Shown: positions 29,336 to 38,380 of the stretch, one piece after another
Position numbering within the stretch: position 1 is the first letter of the stretch
Layout of the letters: each line of letters opens with the position of its first letter
Source: an uncultured Phycisphaeraceae bacterium
GTDB taxonomy: Bacteria > Planctomycetota > Phycisphaerae > Phycisphaerales > Phycisphaeraceae
Direction of reading: 5' to 3'
Assembly (NCBI GenBank): GCA_964547135.1
Contig: CAZJMK010000011.1
Coordinates: forward strand, 2,881 to 66,880
DNA length: 64,000 nt
Notes under the pieces: generated by a model
Told to the model about the DNA's origin: nothing
Databases searched by the model: none
Seen by the model: the letters and a program-made list of their open reading frames with translations, nothing else
Position numbers and translations under genes: made by a program

Positions 29336-30555
29336 CAATTCCCCATCATGTTATCGGCCAGTTGGCGTATCTTCTCCACCACCCTCGGCCAATCAAACCC
29401 TTGCGCATGTTGTCGCCCTGCCTCGCCCATTTGTCGTCGCAACGCCGCATCACTGAGCAATTGCTGCAGCGCTTCGGTCACGGCTGCGATGTCCGTGCCA
29501 TCGACGACGTAACCGGTTTCCCCATGGCGAACCGCTTCCGATTGTCCGCCGGTGTTCCCCGCGATGCAGGGTTTGCCGCAGGCTGCCGCTTCCAGAAACA
29601 CCATGCCGAAACCTTCGACATCGGTTCCATCCCGCACCGCAGGCATGGCAAACACATCACACGCCCCGTACAACGCCGTCTTCAAAGCCCCGTCCACCGC
29701 CCCCAAAAATAGCACATGATCATTCAAACCATGTGAACGCACTTTTTCCTCCAATCGTGCCCGATTGCGTCCCTCGCCCGCAATCACATACAGCAGGTTC
29801 GGGTGCTGCATGGCCAGCTTCGCCACGGCCTCGATCACCGTTGCCTGGTTTTTCCGTGGGTCCAATCGACCCACCGTCAGCACCAATAAACGATCATGCC
29901 AACCGTGCTCGCTTCGTAACAACCGCCCCGCTTCTTCCGCTCCCGTAAATTCACTCAACTGCACCCCCGGGTTCACCACTTCAATCGGCGTGCCCTGTGC
30001 AAACGGTTCAACCACCCCTCGGCTGTAACCGCTGTTGGCCACCAGCACATCCGCCACGCGATGCGCCTGTTTCATCAGCAGCGTCAACTGCCGACTGGAC
30101 CGACACGCTGTCACTTCCTCCCCATGCACGTAACAGAGCACCCGCAGTTTCCGCCCGTACAACCGTTTGAGCGGCAGCAGGCTCACCACCTCCGGCACGG
30201 CATGAATCGCATGCACCCGCACCACCCCGCCTCGCTGATTCGCCAATCGTTGTCGTACCGCATGGGTCATCCGTAAATAACGCAGCAGCCGACCGGGGCT
30301 TTCAATCCCCCAATCACGCATGAAAATGTCCCGCCGATCCATGCGCAGCATCGCATCCGTCACATGATCGCCCTCCGCCGGCCGAGCGGGCTTGTGCGGA
30401 AATTCCGGCGTACCAGGCGGGTGGTTGTAGTAATCATGCGTCACCACATCCACCGCCGTCGGCCAGCGGCGATACACCTCGTACATCCAGCGAATCGACC
30501 CGCCCTGTTCCGGCAAAAATCGCTGGCAAAGCAAAATGTCGTGTGTGGTGGTCAT
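29335..30555 (-). CDS. family-4 glycosyltransferase
   Basis: GT-B fold, C-terminal EGFGMVFLEAAACGKPCIAG motif. Confidence 0.8.
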   Translation of the reverse strand: MTTTHDILLCQRFLPEQGGSIRWMYEVYRRWPTAVDVVTHDYYNHPPGTPEFPHKPARPAEGDHVTDAMLRMDRRDIFMRDWGIESPGRLLRYLRMTHAVRQRLANQRGGVVRVHAIHAVPEVVSLLPLKRLYGRKLRVLCYVHGEEVTACRSSRQLTLLMKQAHRVADVLVANSGYSRGVVEPFAQGTPIEVVNPGVQLSEFTGAEEAGRLLRSEHGWHDRLLVLTVGRLDPRKNQATVIEAVAKLAMQHPNLLYVIAGEGRNRARLEEKVRSHGLNDHVLFLGAVDGALKTALYGACDVFAMPAVRDGTDVEGFGMVFLEAAACGKPCIAGNTGGQSEAVRHGETGYVVDGTDIAAVTEALQQLLSDAALRRQMGEAGRQHAQGFDWPRVVEKIRQLADNMMGN

Positions 30556-30766
30556 GGGTTACTTGCCGGCATCAATTCATGGGTTAATTGGTTGGTCGGT
30601 GAGTCGGTTCATCGGCCATAGCAATGACAATTCTGTCCGAGTAACCGATCAACTGACTCGCCGATTAACCACTCCGATCAGACGCGATAAATCGCGGCGC
30701 TAACTTCCGAATACGATTCCGTCACTCGACCACTCGACCACTCGACCACTTGGCCACTTGGCCACT

Positions 30767-31870
30767 TCAATCGCCCCCATCGTACACCTTCATCAACCCC
30801 GCCTGATACACCGCCGGGGCAAAATGTTGTCGCGTGTGGTGCCAGGCATTTTGCCCACGCCGCTGCACTTCAACATCATCATGCAACATCGCCAATGCCT
30901 GTGCCCATGCGCTGACATTTTCCATCGGCAGCAGCCAACCGGTTTGCCCATCGATAATCGTTTCACGAAACCCGCCCGTGTCGTGTGCCAACGTTGGCAA
31001 GCCAAACCTTGCCGCCTCCAATGGCACCAGCCCCAACGGTTCCACCCGTGACGGACACACCATCGCCTGCACCTGCTCATACAAGTCGCTGACCTTGGGC
31101 AAAAACCCCAGCCAGTGTATGTTCGCACGCACGCCCAGTTTTTCCGCCTGTTGTTGCAACTGGGCCTGGTACCGTCCGCCTGTCTGGGTGTCCGCCCCAG
31201 CCACGAGCAATTGCGGTCGCTTGTCAGCTGGTACTTGCGCCAGTGCGGCGATCACCACATCCAACCCTTTATCGTGAATCAGTTGACCCGCAAAGCCGAT
31301 GCGCACCGGTTCGCCTGCACCACGACGATGACGATTGGGTTCACCCCCATTTTCCGCCGGCCAATCCACCGCATCGGGCAACACGGTCGCCTGCGCGTTT
31401 TGAAGTTGCGTCCCTTGACAGTCCCCCAACTGCTCCTTCACCCATCCACTGATACACAAAACCGTATCAACGCCCCCCGGCAACCACCAATTCATGTCGT
31501 TCGCGGTGATCCCCCAACGCACATGCACCACCCTGGGTATTTTCATTTTCGCCCCCAGCACACTCATCGCCTGCGCACTGGGCACATCATTGGCATGCAG
31601 CACAGTCGGCTTGAACTCGCTCGCAATCCGCTGCAACGCACACACGCTGTTTCGCCACCACCACCAGCTTTTCCAGGTCCGCTGCGCCAGCGGGACCACC
31701 CACACCGGCAAGCCCATCGCCTGCACACTTGCCCGCAAAGCGGTGTCATGCCCCAACACCACCCCCGCCTGCACACGGCTGCGATCCAAATGACGCAACA
31801 TCGATTCCAGCGCGCGTTCCGCTCCACTGACAAACGGCGCCCGCGCGATGTAAAGCACTCGATGTTGCAT
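30767..31870 (-). CDS. family-4 glycosyltransferase
   Basis: MQHRVLYIARAPFVSGAER N-terminus. EPLGLVPLEAARFGLPTLAHDTGG C-terminal motif. Confidence 0.8.
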   Translation of the reverse strand: MQHRVLYIARAPFVSGAERALESMLRHLDRSRVQAGVVLGHDTALRASVQAMGLPVWVVPLAQRTWKSWWWWRNSVCALQRIASEFKPTVLHANDVPSAQAMSVLGAKMKIPRVVHVRWGITANDMNWWLPGGVDTVLCISGWVKEQLGDCQGTQLQNAQATVLPDAVDWPAENGGEPNRHRRGAGEPVRIGFAGQLIHDKGLDVVIAALAQVPADKRPQLLVAGADTQTGGRYQAQLQQQAEKLGVRANIHWLGFLPKVSDLYEQVQAMVCPSRVEPLGLVPLEAARFGLPTLAHDTGGFRETIIDGQTGWLLPMENVSAWAQALAMLHDDVEVQRRGQNAWHHTRQHFAPAVYQAGLMKVYDGGD

Positions 31871-32195
31871 ATTCACGTTTCGTTTATACCACCAAGCCGA
31901 GTACGAGGCGTCCGGCTTGGCGGACGACGAGGGATCGGGTATGGCTTGGTTCATCAGGGAGTCGTGACGAACGGGCATTTGTCTTTTCCGGCCGATTCAC
32001 CGACTCACCGATTCACTGACTCACCGATTCACTGACTCACTGATTCACCGTCCCACCGTTGAACCAGTCCGACGCCGACGCAAAGCGTCCGCGCTAAACA
32101 AATCCAATCACTCGGCCAATTGCCTGTCCCCTCTCCCTCCGGGAGAGTTGAAAACCTCGCCGTGGCGGGGGTTAGGGTGAGGGCGTGTCTTTACT

Positions 32196-32238
32196 CGGCC
32201 ACTTGGCCACTTGGCCACTTGGCCACTTGGCCACTTCC
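32196..32238. repeat. (ACTTGGCC)n octamer microsatellite, about 5 units
   Basis: ggccacttggccacttggccacttggccacttggccacttcc directly downstream of the GT2 stop. Shorter runs of the same unit recur in many spacers. Confidence 0.85.
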
Positions 32239-32241
32239 ATC

Positions 32242-33315
32242 TTATTTCCCCCGCCACCGGTCCACCGCATCCTTCACGTGATACATCCACGCCGGCTTCT
32301 GCGCCTTTTCCTTGAGTTCCTTAAACCTGTCATCACTGACACCCAACTCTCCCGCCAGGTCGCACAACTCCCCACACGTGTCCAGTTCCCTTTTCCAAAA
32401 ACACGAGGTCGCCCGGCTGTGTAAAAACGTTGCCACATATTCCCGCGCCTGTTGTTCATTCACACCAATTTCCCCGCCCCAGCGCTTTGCAAAATCCATC
32501 TGCACTTTACAATGAAACCCAAACGCCCTTTTGATGTTCCCTTTGCTCATGGCGATGTTGCCGCTGTGAAACCGATAGCGCAGCAGACTCACCGGCAAGT
32601 ACGCAAATCGGCTGATGCGGGCCATGCGCAGGGCAAAATCATAATCCTGCGAACGCACCCACCTGGGGTCGTACGGCAAACCATGCGGCTCGGCTGCCGC
32701 CGCCTGGGCAATCACTTCCCGCCGGGCCATCACGGTCGATGAAATCACCAGCAATTCCTTCAGCAACACCTGCACACACATACCCACACACGGGTTGTCC
32801 AGGCGTTGCGCTTCACTGGTGAAATTGCCTTCGTGATCGATGTAGCGAAACGAAGTGTGACACAACCCCGTTTGCGGGTCCGCGGCCAGGGCCTGCGTCT
32901 GCAAGGCTAACTTGTCCGGCTCGCAAATGTCATCATCATCCACAAAACAAATCAGGGGCGCACTGCTCTGATACACCCCCGTGTTCCGCGCACAAGCCAA
33001 CCCCTGATTTTCCTGAAACACATACCGAACCACCCGCAACCCATTTTCGTCCGCGTACTTTTTCACATAAGGCTCAACCACACTGCGCGTATGATCCTTC
33101 GACCCATCATCCACCACCACGATTTCCACCTTGCCCTCGTAACGCTGCGCCAATACCGAGTCCAACGTCTGGGGCAGGTAATCCGGCCGATTGCACGTGG
33201 TCACCACCACCGCCACATCGAATCGTGACGGCTCGCCGGGTAATATCCGCCCCGGTTCATTTTGGGTTGAAGTCGCTGGTTCGGTCACGGTTGATATCGC
33301 ACTTGCTGTCATGAA
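32242..33315 (-). CDS. family-2 glycosyltransferase
   Basis: FDVAVVVTTCNRPDYLPQTLDSVLAQ..VVDDGS.. DXD region. Confidence 0.8.
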   Translation of the reverse strand, partial: FMTASAISTVTEPATSTQNEPGRILPGEPSRFDVAVVVTTCNRPDYLPQTLDSVLAQRYEGKVEIVVVDDGSKDHTRSVVEPYVKKYADENGLRVVRYVFQENQGLACARNTGVYQSSAPLICFVDDDDICEPDKLALQTQALAADPQTGLCHTSFRYIDHEGNFTSEAQRLDNPCVGMCVQVLLKELLVISSTVMARREVIAQAAAAEPHGLPYDPRWVRSQDYDFALRMARISRFAYLPVSLLRYRFHSGNIAMSKGNIKRAFGFHCKVQMDFAKRWGGEIGVNEQQAREYVATFLHSRATSCFWKRELDTCGELCDLAGELGVSDDRFKELKEKAQKPAWMYHVKDAVDRWRGK

Positions 33316-34337
33316 CCACGTTTCCGTTGCGTTGCGTGTGCCGGCGAGCTCATCCGGGCATGTCGCAATTTCGAATAGTTGTAGGTCCAGGTCATCTTTC
33401 CCGCAAAGCTCCGCCCCGCATCGCCTGTCAACGTCCCCAACACCATGTCCCCCAATCCTTGAGCACACGCTTTCATCGCGGCCTTGTAGAGCCAGCGTGG
33501 TACCTGTTTATCGGGTGATTCCTGTCTGAGCATGCACACCGACAACCACCCCTGCCGCCTGGCAAACTCGCGGGCATATTGTCTGGTCAATCGCTCCGGC
33601 GGAATCGGGTGATGCACCACCGCATCGGCTGCGTACCACCCCTTGCCTCCCTGCGCTGCGATGGCTTTGACCATCAGACTGTCTTCCATCCCCATGCGCA
33701 ACGCGCCGCGATGACCGACGTTGACATCGAACATGCCTGCCTGACGCACCGCTTCGACCCGCAGCGCCAGGTTGGCGGTGTAAAACGGTGCATCGGTTTG
33801 CGGGTTCCACGGACGCGATTGCAACCCCGGGCGATATTGCACAATCGTGTCCGCCAGCATCGGGCAACGTTTGGGGTCAAACCAATCCGGCGGAAACGTC
33901 ACCGACGGCGGAGCCACCGGTTCCACCCGCCCACCCCAAAAAGCACATTCCAGGTGTTCTTCAATCGCCGCCCCCATCCGCGCCAACCATGCCGCATCAA
34001 ACGTCACATCATCATCGGTGAACAGCACGATCGGATGTCGCGCCCCGTTCACCGCATGATTGCGGGCAAAACTGGTACCGGTTTCCGCTTCCACCTCATA
34101 GCGCAAGCTCGGCAGCACCCCCGCAAAGCCCATCACCATTTCGCGCACCTGCGGGTTCTCCGGCTCCGGCAACGCGCCTGGTATGTCTGCCAACGTCGCC
34201 TTGGCTGCGTTGTCGATCACCAGCACTTCACCGGCAACGCCGGGGGCCTGGTGCAGGGCATAGCCAAGCGATTGCAGCGTGGTGCGCAGCGGTTCCAGCC
34301 GGCGATACGTACAAATGGCAACGGTCAATTGCGGCAT
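33309..34337 (-). CDS. family-2 glycosyltransferase
   Basis: LTVAICTYRRLEPLRTTLQSL N-terminal GT2 motif and DDD region. Confidence 0.75.
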   Translation of the reverse strand: MPQLTVAICTYRRLEPLRTTLQSLGYALHQAPGVAGEVLVIDNAAKATLADIPGALPEPENPQVREMVMGFAGVLPSLRYEVEAETGTSFARNHAVNGARHPIVLFTDDDVTFDAAWLARMGAAIEEHLECAFWGGRVEPVAPPSVTFPPDWFDPKRCPMLADTIVQYRPGLQSRPWNPQTDAPFYTANLALRVEAVRQAGMFDVNVGHRGALRMGMEDSLMVKAIAAQGGKGWYAADAVVHHPIPPERLTRQYAREFARRQGWLSVCMLRQESPDKQVPRWLYKAAMKACAQGLGDMVLGTLTGDAGRSFAGKMTWTYNYSKLRHARMSSPAHATQRKRGS

Positions 34338-34465
34338 GACACATCCTCCATCGACCAGAAACGACTTATGATTTGCGGAGGCAAGGCAATAATTTGCCCG
34401 GATTTGCTTGGATGCCGACGGCTTATTGGCCGATGATACTGGCAACCCACTTGGTTTGCATACTC

Positions 34466-35380
34466 ATGCATTGCAACCTGATCATCGCCACCTGGAACCG
34501 TGCAGCCCTGCTCAGGCAGACCCTTGAGTCGTTGCTGACATTGCAAACCCCCGCCGGCATGAACTGGGACGTTACCGTCGCTGACAATCACAGCACCGAC
34601 ACCACCGCAGCGTTGGTAAAGTCGATGCAACCACATTTTGAAGGTCGCCTGCAATACCTATACGAACCTACGCAGGGTAAAAGCTTTGCGCTCAACCGTG
34701 CCCTGGCGCAGACGCAAGGTGATTGGGTGCTTTTTTTGGATGATGATGTGAAGGCTTCGTCGGGGCTTCTATTGGCTTATCAACAAGGGTTATCACGTCA
34801 CCCGTGGGCGGTGGTCATGGGTGGGCCGATTGAACCCTGGTTCCCCGAAGGTCAACGCTACACCAATAAGCAGCACTGGTTGCTGGCTCACTACCCCGCA
34901 TGTTTCGGCATTCAAGCCTTCGACGATGATTTGCAGATGAACCCCCCGGCTCAGAGTGCCTGGGGTGCGAACATGATGGTGCAACGCAGTGCCTTGCCTG
35001 CGACAGGGTTTGACACCCAGCGCGGCATGGTGGCCGGTCGGCGCATCGCCGGCGAAGACGTTGCCATGGTTCAATACGTATTGCAAACCAGCGGCAGCGA
35101 AGGTTGGTTGATCGCAGGGGCAAGCGTCGCGCATTACACCCCAGCCGACATGGTGCATTGGCGGCGCGTCTGGCAGTGGCAGCGTGCCATCGGTTCCGGC
35201 TGGACCGCCAGCCGAGGTCGCCCCGTTCCCGGTAAACTCGGTGTACCCTGGTGGGCCTACGGCGAATTTTCCCGACGTGCCATCCGCCTGGCCCTGCATT
35301 GGCGACCCTCATCCACCCGTGAATTTGGCGAAGCCTTCGTCGCCGCAGCCCAATGGTGGGGGTATTTGAAGGGGAATTGA
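34466..35380 (+). CDS. family-2 glycosyltransferase
   Basis: NLIIATWNRAALLRQTLESL ... LFLDDDV. Confidence 0.75.
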   Translation: MHCNLIIATWNRAALLRQTLESLLTLQTPAGMNWDVTVADNHSTDTTAALVKSMQPHFEGRLQYLYEPTQGKSFALNRALAQTQGDWVLFLDDDVKASSGLLLAYQQGLSRHPWAVVMGGPIEPWFPEGQRYTNKQHWLLAHYPACFGIQAFDDDLQMNPPAQSAWGANMMVQRSALPATGFDTQRGMVAGRRIAGEDVAMVQYVLQTSGSEGWLIAGASVAHYTPADMVHWRRVWQWQRAIGSGWTASRGRPVPGKLGVPWWAYGEFSRRAIRLALHWRPSSTREFGEAFVAAAQWWGYLKGN

Positions 35381-35384
35381 TTTC

Positions 35385-35577
35385 GAATGTCGAATTTCGG
35401 ATTTCGAATTTGAAAGATGATCAAGGCATGCAAATCATGACCGTTCCAATATCCGATTTTGCAGGTCAAACCAACGTCTTCATGAAGTATCATGCTTCTT
35501 TAATTCCGAAATCCGACGACATTAACAGCGGGGCTTTCCGCTAAATCCGAAATTCGAAATCCGAAATTCGAAATTGC
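35385..35577. repeat. (GAAATTC)n heptamer tracts plus CGACGnnnTnAACAGCGGGGCTTTCCGCT hairpin module
   Basis: gatttcgaatgtcgaatttcggatttcgaattt and taaatccgaaattcgaaatccgaaattcgaaatt. The same module lies at 1876-1925 and 52651-52715. Confidence 0.8.
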
Positions 35578-35581
35578 CATC

Positions 35582-36502
35582 GTGACCACCACTTCCGTCA
35601 TCATCCCCGCATACAACCGAGCGGCGCTCATCGGCGCGACGCTCGATTCGGTGCTGGCGCAGAACCACCCGGTGAGTGAGGTGCTGGTCGTTGACGATGG
35701 CTCAACCGACAACACCCGTGAAGTGGTGCGTGAATACGAAACACGCTCACAGGGCATCATCCGTCTGATCGAACAAAAAAATGCAGGCCCCTCGGTTGCG
35801 CGCAATCACGGGTTGTCGCTGTGCAAGGGTGATTACGTGGCGTTTTTGGATGCTGATGACCTTTGGCTGCCCACCAAAATCCAAAAGCAACTTGCCTTGC
35901 TGCAAAGCGACCCGACGGCCGTCGCTTGTTACACGCGCATGTTCCAGTTTCAAAAAAACCTCGACGACCTGGGCAGACCGCAAACACAGAACGTGATCGA
36001 TGAACCCGATTTTGCCCATGTGTTTCTGACCATGTGCATTCAGTCGTCGATGCCGATGATCCGTGGCCCCATCGCCCGGTCGCTGCGCTTTGAAGAAAAC
36101 ATCCGTGCTGCGGAGGACGCGATCTATTTTGCACAAGTCGCCCAGCATGGTCGCTGGCGGCTGCTGGACGAACCACTGGTGGCTTACCGTGTGCATGGGG
36201 TGCAACTCACCGCCGACCCCAATCACCTGTTGCAACACGTCACCGTCCGCGGGCAATGGCTGCATCAACATGCGGCTCAGTTACCTGCAGGGCAAGCTGG
36301 TGAACTGGAAGAAAAACTATGGGCGAAACTGGTGCAAAACCTGGAAAGCCGATACTGGCGACGTGAAGTGGACGGACTGCGCCGGCTTGTCGAACAAATG
36401 CGTGAGCATCGCCCGCAAGCCCTGACCCACAGTTTTTTGAACACCGCCCGCATTCACCCGCGCTGGGTGTATCGTCTGCGCGATCTGCTCATCAAAGGTT
36501 GA
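35582..36502 (+). CDS. family-2 glycosyltransferase
   Basis: VIIPAYNRAALIGATLDSVLAQ..VVDDGSTDNT..FLDADD. Probable GTG start. Confidence 0.8.
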   Translation: MTTTSVIIPAYNRAALIGATLDSVLAQNHPVSEVLVVDDGSTDNTREVVREYETRSQGIIRLIEQKNAGPSVARNHGLSLCKGDYVAFLDADDLWLPTKIQKQLALLQSDPTAVACYTRMFQFQKNLDDLGRPQTQNVIDEPDFAHVFLTMCIQSSMPMIRGPIARSLRFEENIRAAEDAIYFAQVAQHGRWRLLDEPLVAYRVHGVQLTADPNHLLQHVTVRGQWLHQHAAQLPAGQAGELEEKLWAKLVQNLESRYWRREVDGLRRLVEQMREHRPQALTHSFLNTARIHPRWVYRLRDLLIKG

Positions 36503-36767
36503 TCGAATGAGTGCCAGAACCAAGCCAAGAACGAGGCTAAACAAGCCGAGGGCTTGGGTATTGATCGGGTTCATCGGTGATTCGGTTGATCGGTTACTCG
36601 GTCATAACTGCCTTTGCTCTTGCCGATTAACCGACTCACCGACCAACCGATGAACCACACCAACCAGACGCGATCAATCGCGGCGCTAACAATCATCACG
36701 CCGACGCAAAGCGTCCGCGTTAAACATTTCAAATCACTTGGCCACTTCAGTGTGCTAAACTTCCGCG

Positions 36768-38354
36768 ATGATTCGATCACGCCATCACGCATGGTTCTGC
36801 TTCGCACTCGCACTCGCGCTGCTGGTGATGTTGTCACCGCTGCACGCAGCCGACCTCGAACACGAATTCACCCGCGCCTTGTCGGGCATCAAACTCGGCA
36901 AAACCAAGGTGAGCCTGTGCGTGCTGGATGTCACCACCGGGCGAACGCTCGTCAGCATCGAAGCCGACGAACCGATGATTCCCGCCAGTAACATGAAACT
37001 GGTCACCAGTGCCGCTGCCCTGGGCGTGCTGGGTCCGCAATACACGTTTCGCACCGAGCTGCGTGTGTTGGAACTCGATGCTCAGGGGCGGGCGGTGCTG
37101 CTCGTAAAAGGGGACGGCGACCCGGCCCTGGCCGACTCCAAATTGCTCGAAGCCCACCAAATCGATGTCGATCAGGCGGCTGCAAGCTGGGTCAGTGCCA
37201 TTCAGCAAGGCGGGGTACGCAGCGTGGCGCGCCTGATCATCGACGATCGCGCTTTTGATCGTCAGTTCGTACACCCCACCTGGCCCGCGAATCAGTTGAA
37301 CTCATGGTATTGCGCACAGATTGCGGGCATCAATTTTTACACCAACTGTTTGGATGTGTTCGCCACGCCGCAGGAACCGGGTCAGGTGCCCAGGGTGACG
37401 TTCGTGCCGGAGGTTCCGTGGGTGACGCTGGTCAATCGTTCCATCTCCGGCGGAGCCGACAACTTCATCATCACCCGCAAGCCCGACACCAACGAATTCG
37501 TCAGCTCCGGCAATGTCAAAAACCGCACCCGTAACCCGGTGTGGGTGACCATTCACGATCCGCCGATTTTCTTTGCCCAGTTTTTGGCGCATCGTTTGGG
37601 TTCAGCGGGCATCCCTGTTTCACAGATCGAACGCGTCGGCTGGGAAGATCGACTCCCCGAAGGCAAATCACTGCCCGACCTGCAGCGCACCGCCATCGGC
37701 GCGATTCTGCAACGCTGTAACAAGGACTCGCAGAACATGTTCGCTGAGGCTTTGCTCAAACGCATGGGTCGGCAAATCACCGGGACGCCCGGCAGTTGGG
37801 ACAACGGCGCCGCAGCCGTGCGTCAATTTCTCGCCCAACGACTGGGGCCTAAAGCGGTGTCGATCACCATTGCCGACGGCAGCGGAATGAGCCGTGATAA
37901 CCGCGTCACGGCTGGCGCACTGGTCGATTTACTGGCCGCGATGATGCGTGACCCGCGCTTGGGGGATGTTTATTTTCGCAGCCTGGCGGTGGCGGGGGTC
38001 GATGGCACACTGACCCGCCGATTGAACAAGGACCTGCGCGGCACGGTGCATGGCAAAACCGGCTACATCGCCGGGGTATCGACGATCAGCGGCGTCCTCG
38101 TGCTGCCGCCGTTTGGCACCCCCGGCAATGCCTCCGCCGCTGACCTTGGCACAACCCAAAGTACCAATACCGTCAACAGCACCACCAGCAACAATGCCGC
38201 AACCACCATCGCCGGTCAGGCCCCTGCTTCCACCGCGCGCATGTTCGCCTTTTCACTGCTGTTCAACGACATCGATCAAAGCGTTTCGGTTCATGACATC
38301 CGCAATCTGCAAGACCGACTGATACGTTTGATCGATGAACATGTCGGGCCTTGA
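36768..38354 (+). CDS. dacB: D-alanyl-D-alanine carboxypeptidase/endopeptidase (PBP4, peptidase S13)
   Basis: Signal peptide. Active-site PASNMKLVTSAAAL. KGDGDPAL motif. Confidence 0.8.
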   Translation: MIRSRHHAWFCFALALALLVMLSPLHAADLEHEFTRALSGIKLGKTKVSLCVLDVTTGRTLVSIEADEPMIPASNMKLVTSAAALGVLGPQYTFRTELRVLELDAQGRAVLLVKGDGDPALADSKLLEAHQIDVDQAAASWVSAIQQGGVRSVARLIIDDRAFDRQFVHPTWPANQLNSWYCAQIAGINFYTNCLDVFATPQEPGQVPRVTFVPEVPWVTLVNRSISGGADNFIITRKPDTNEFVSSGNVKNRTRNPVWVTIHDPPIFFAQFLAHRLGSAGIPVSQIERVGWEDRLPEGKSLPDLQRTAIGAILQRCNKDSQNMFAEALLKRMGRQITGTPGSWDNGAAAVRQFLAQRLGPKAVSITIADGSGMSRDNRVTAGALVDLLAAMMRDPRLGDVYFRSLAVAGVDGTLTRRLNKDLRGTVHGKTGYIAGVSTISGVLVLPPFGTPGNASAADLGTTQSTNTVNSTTSNNAATTIAGQAPASTARMFAFSLLFNDIDQSVSVHDIRNLQDRLIRLIDEHVGP

Positions 38355-38380
38355 GTATCGTGCAAGCACCATCATCAGTC

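Noticed and set aside
28973-29338. N-terminal 122 aa of the 566-aa track ORF
   Set aside because: Composed of intergenic repeat modules (PPPGAPSAV duplicated from the cccagccgcccccggctggg hairpins). The real O-antigen-ligase start is at MIGWLF.
31115-32035. 306-aa plus-strand ORF and the 33579-34436 285-aa ORF
   Set aside because: Antisense to glycosyltransferase genes. His/Arg/Pro-rich, no domain signature.
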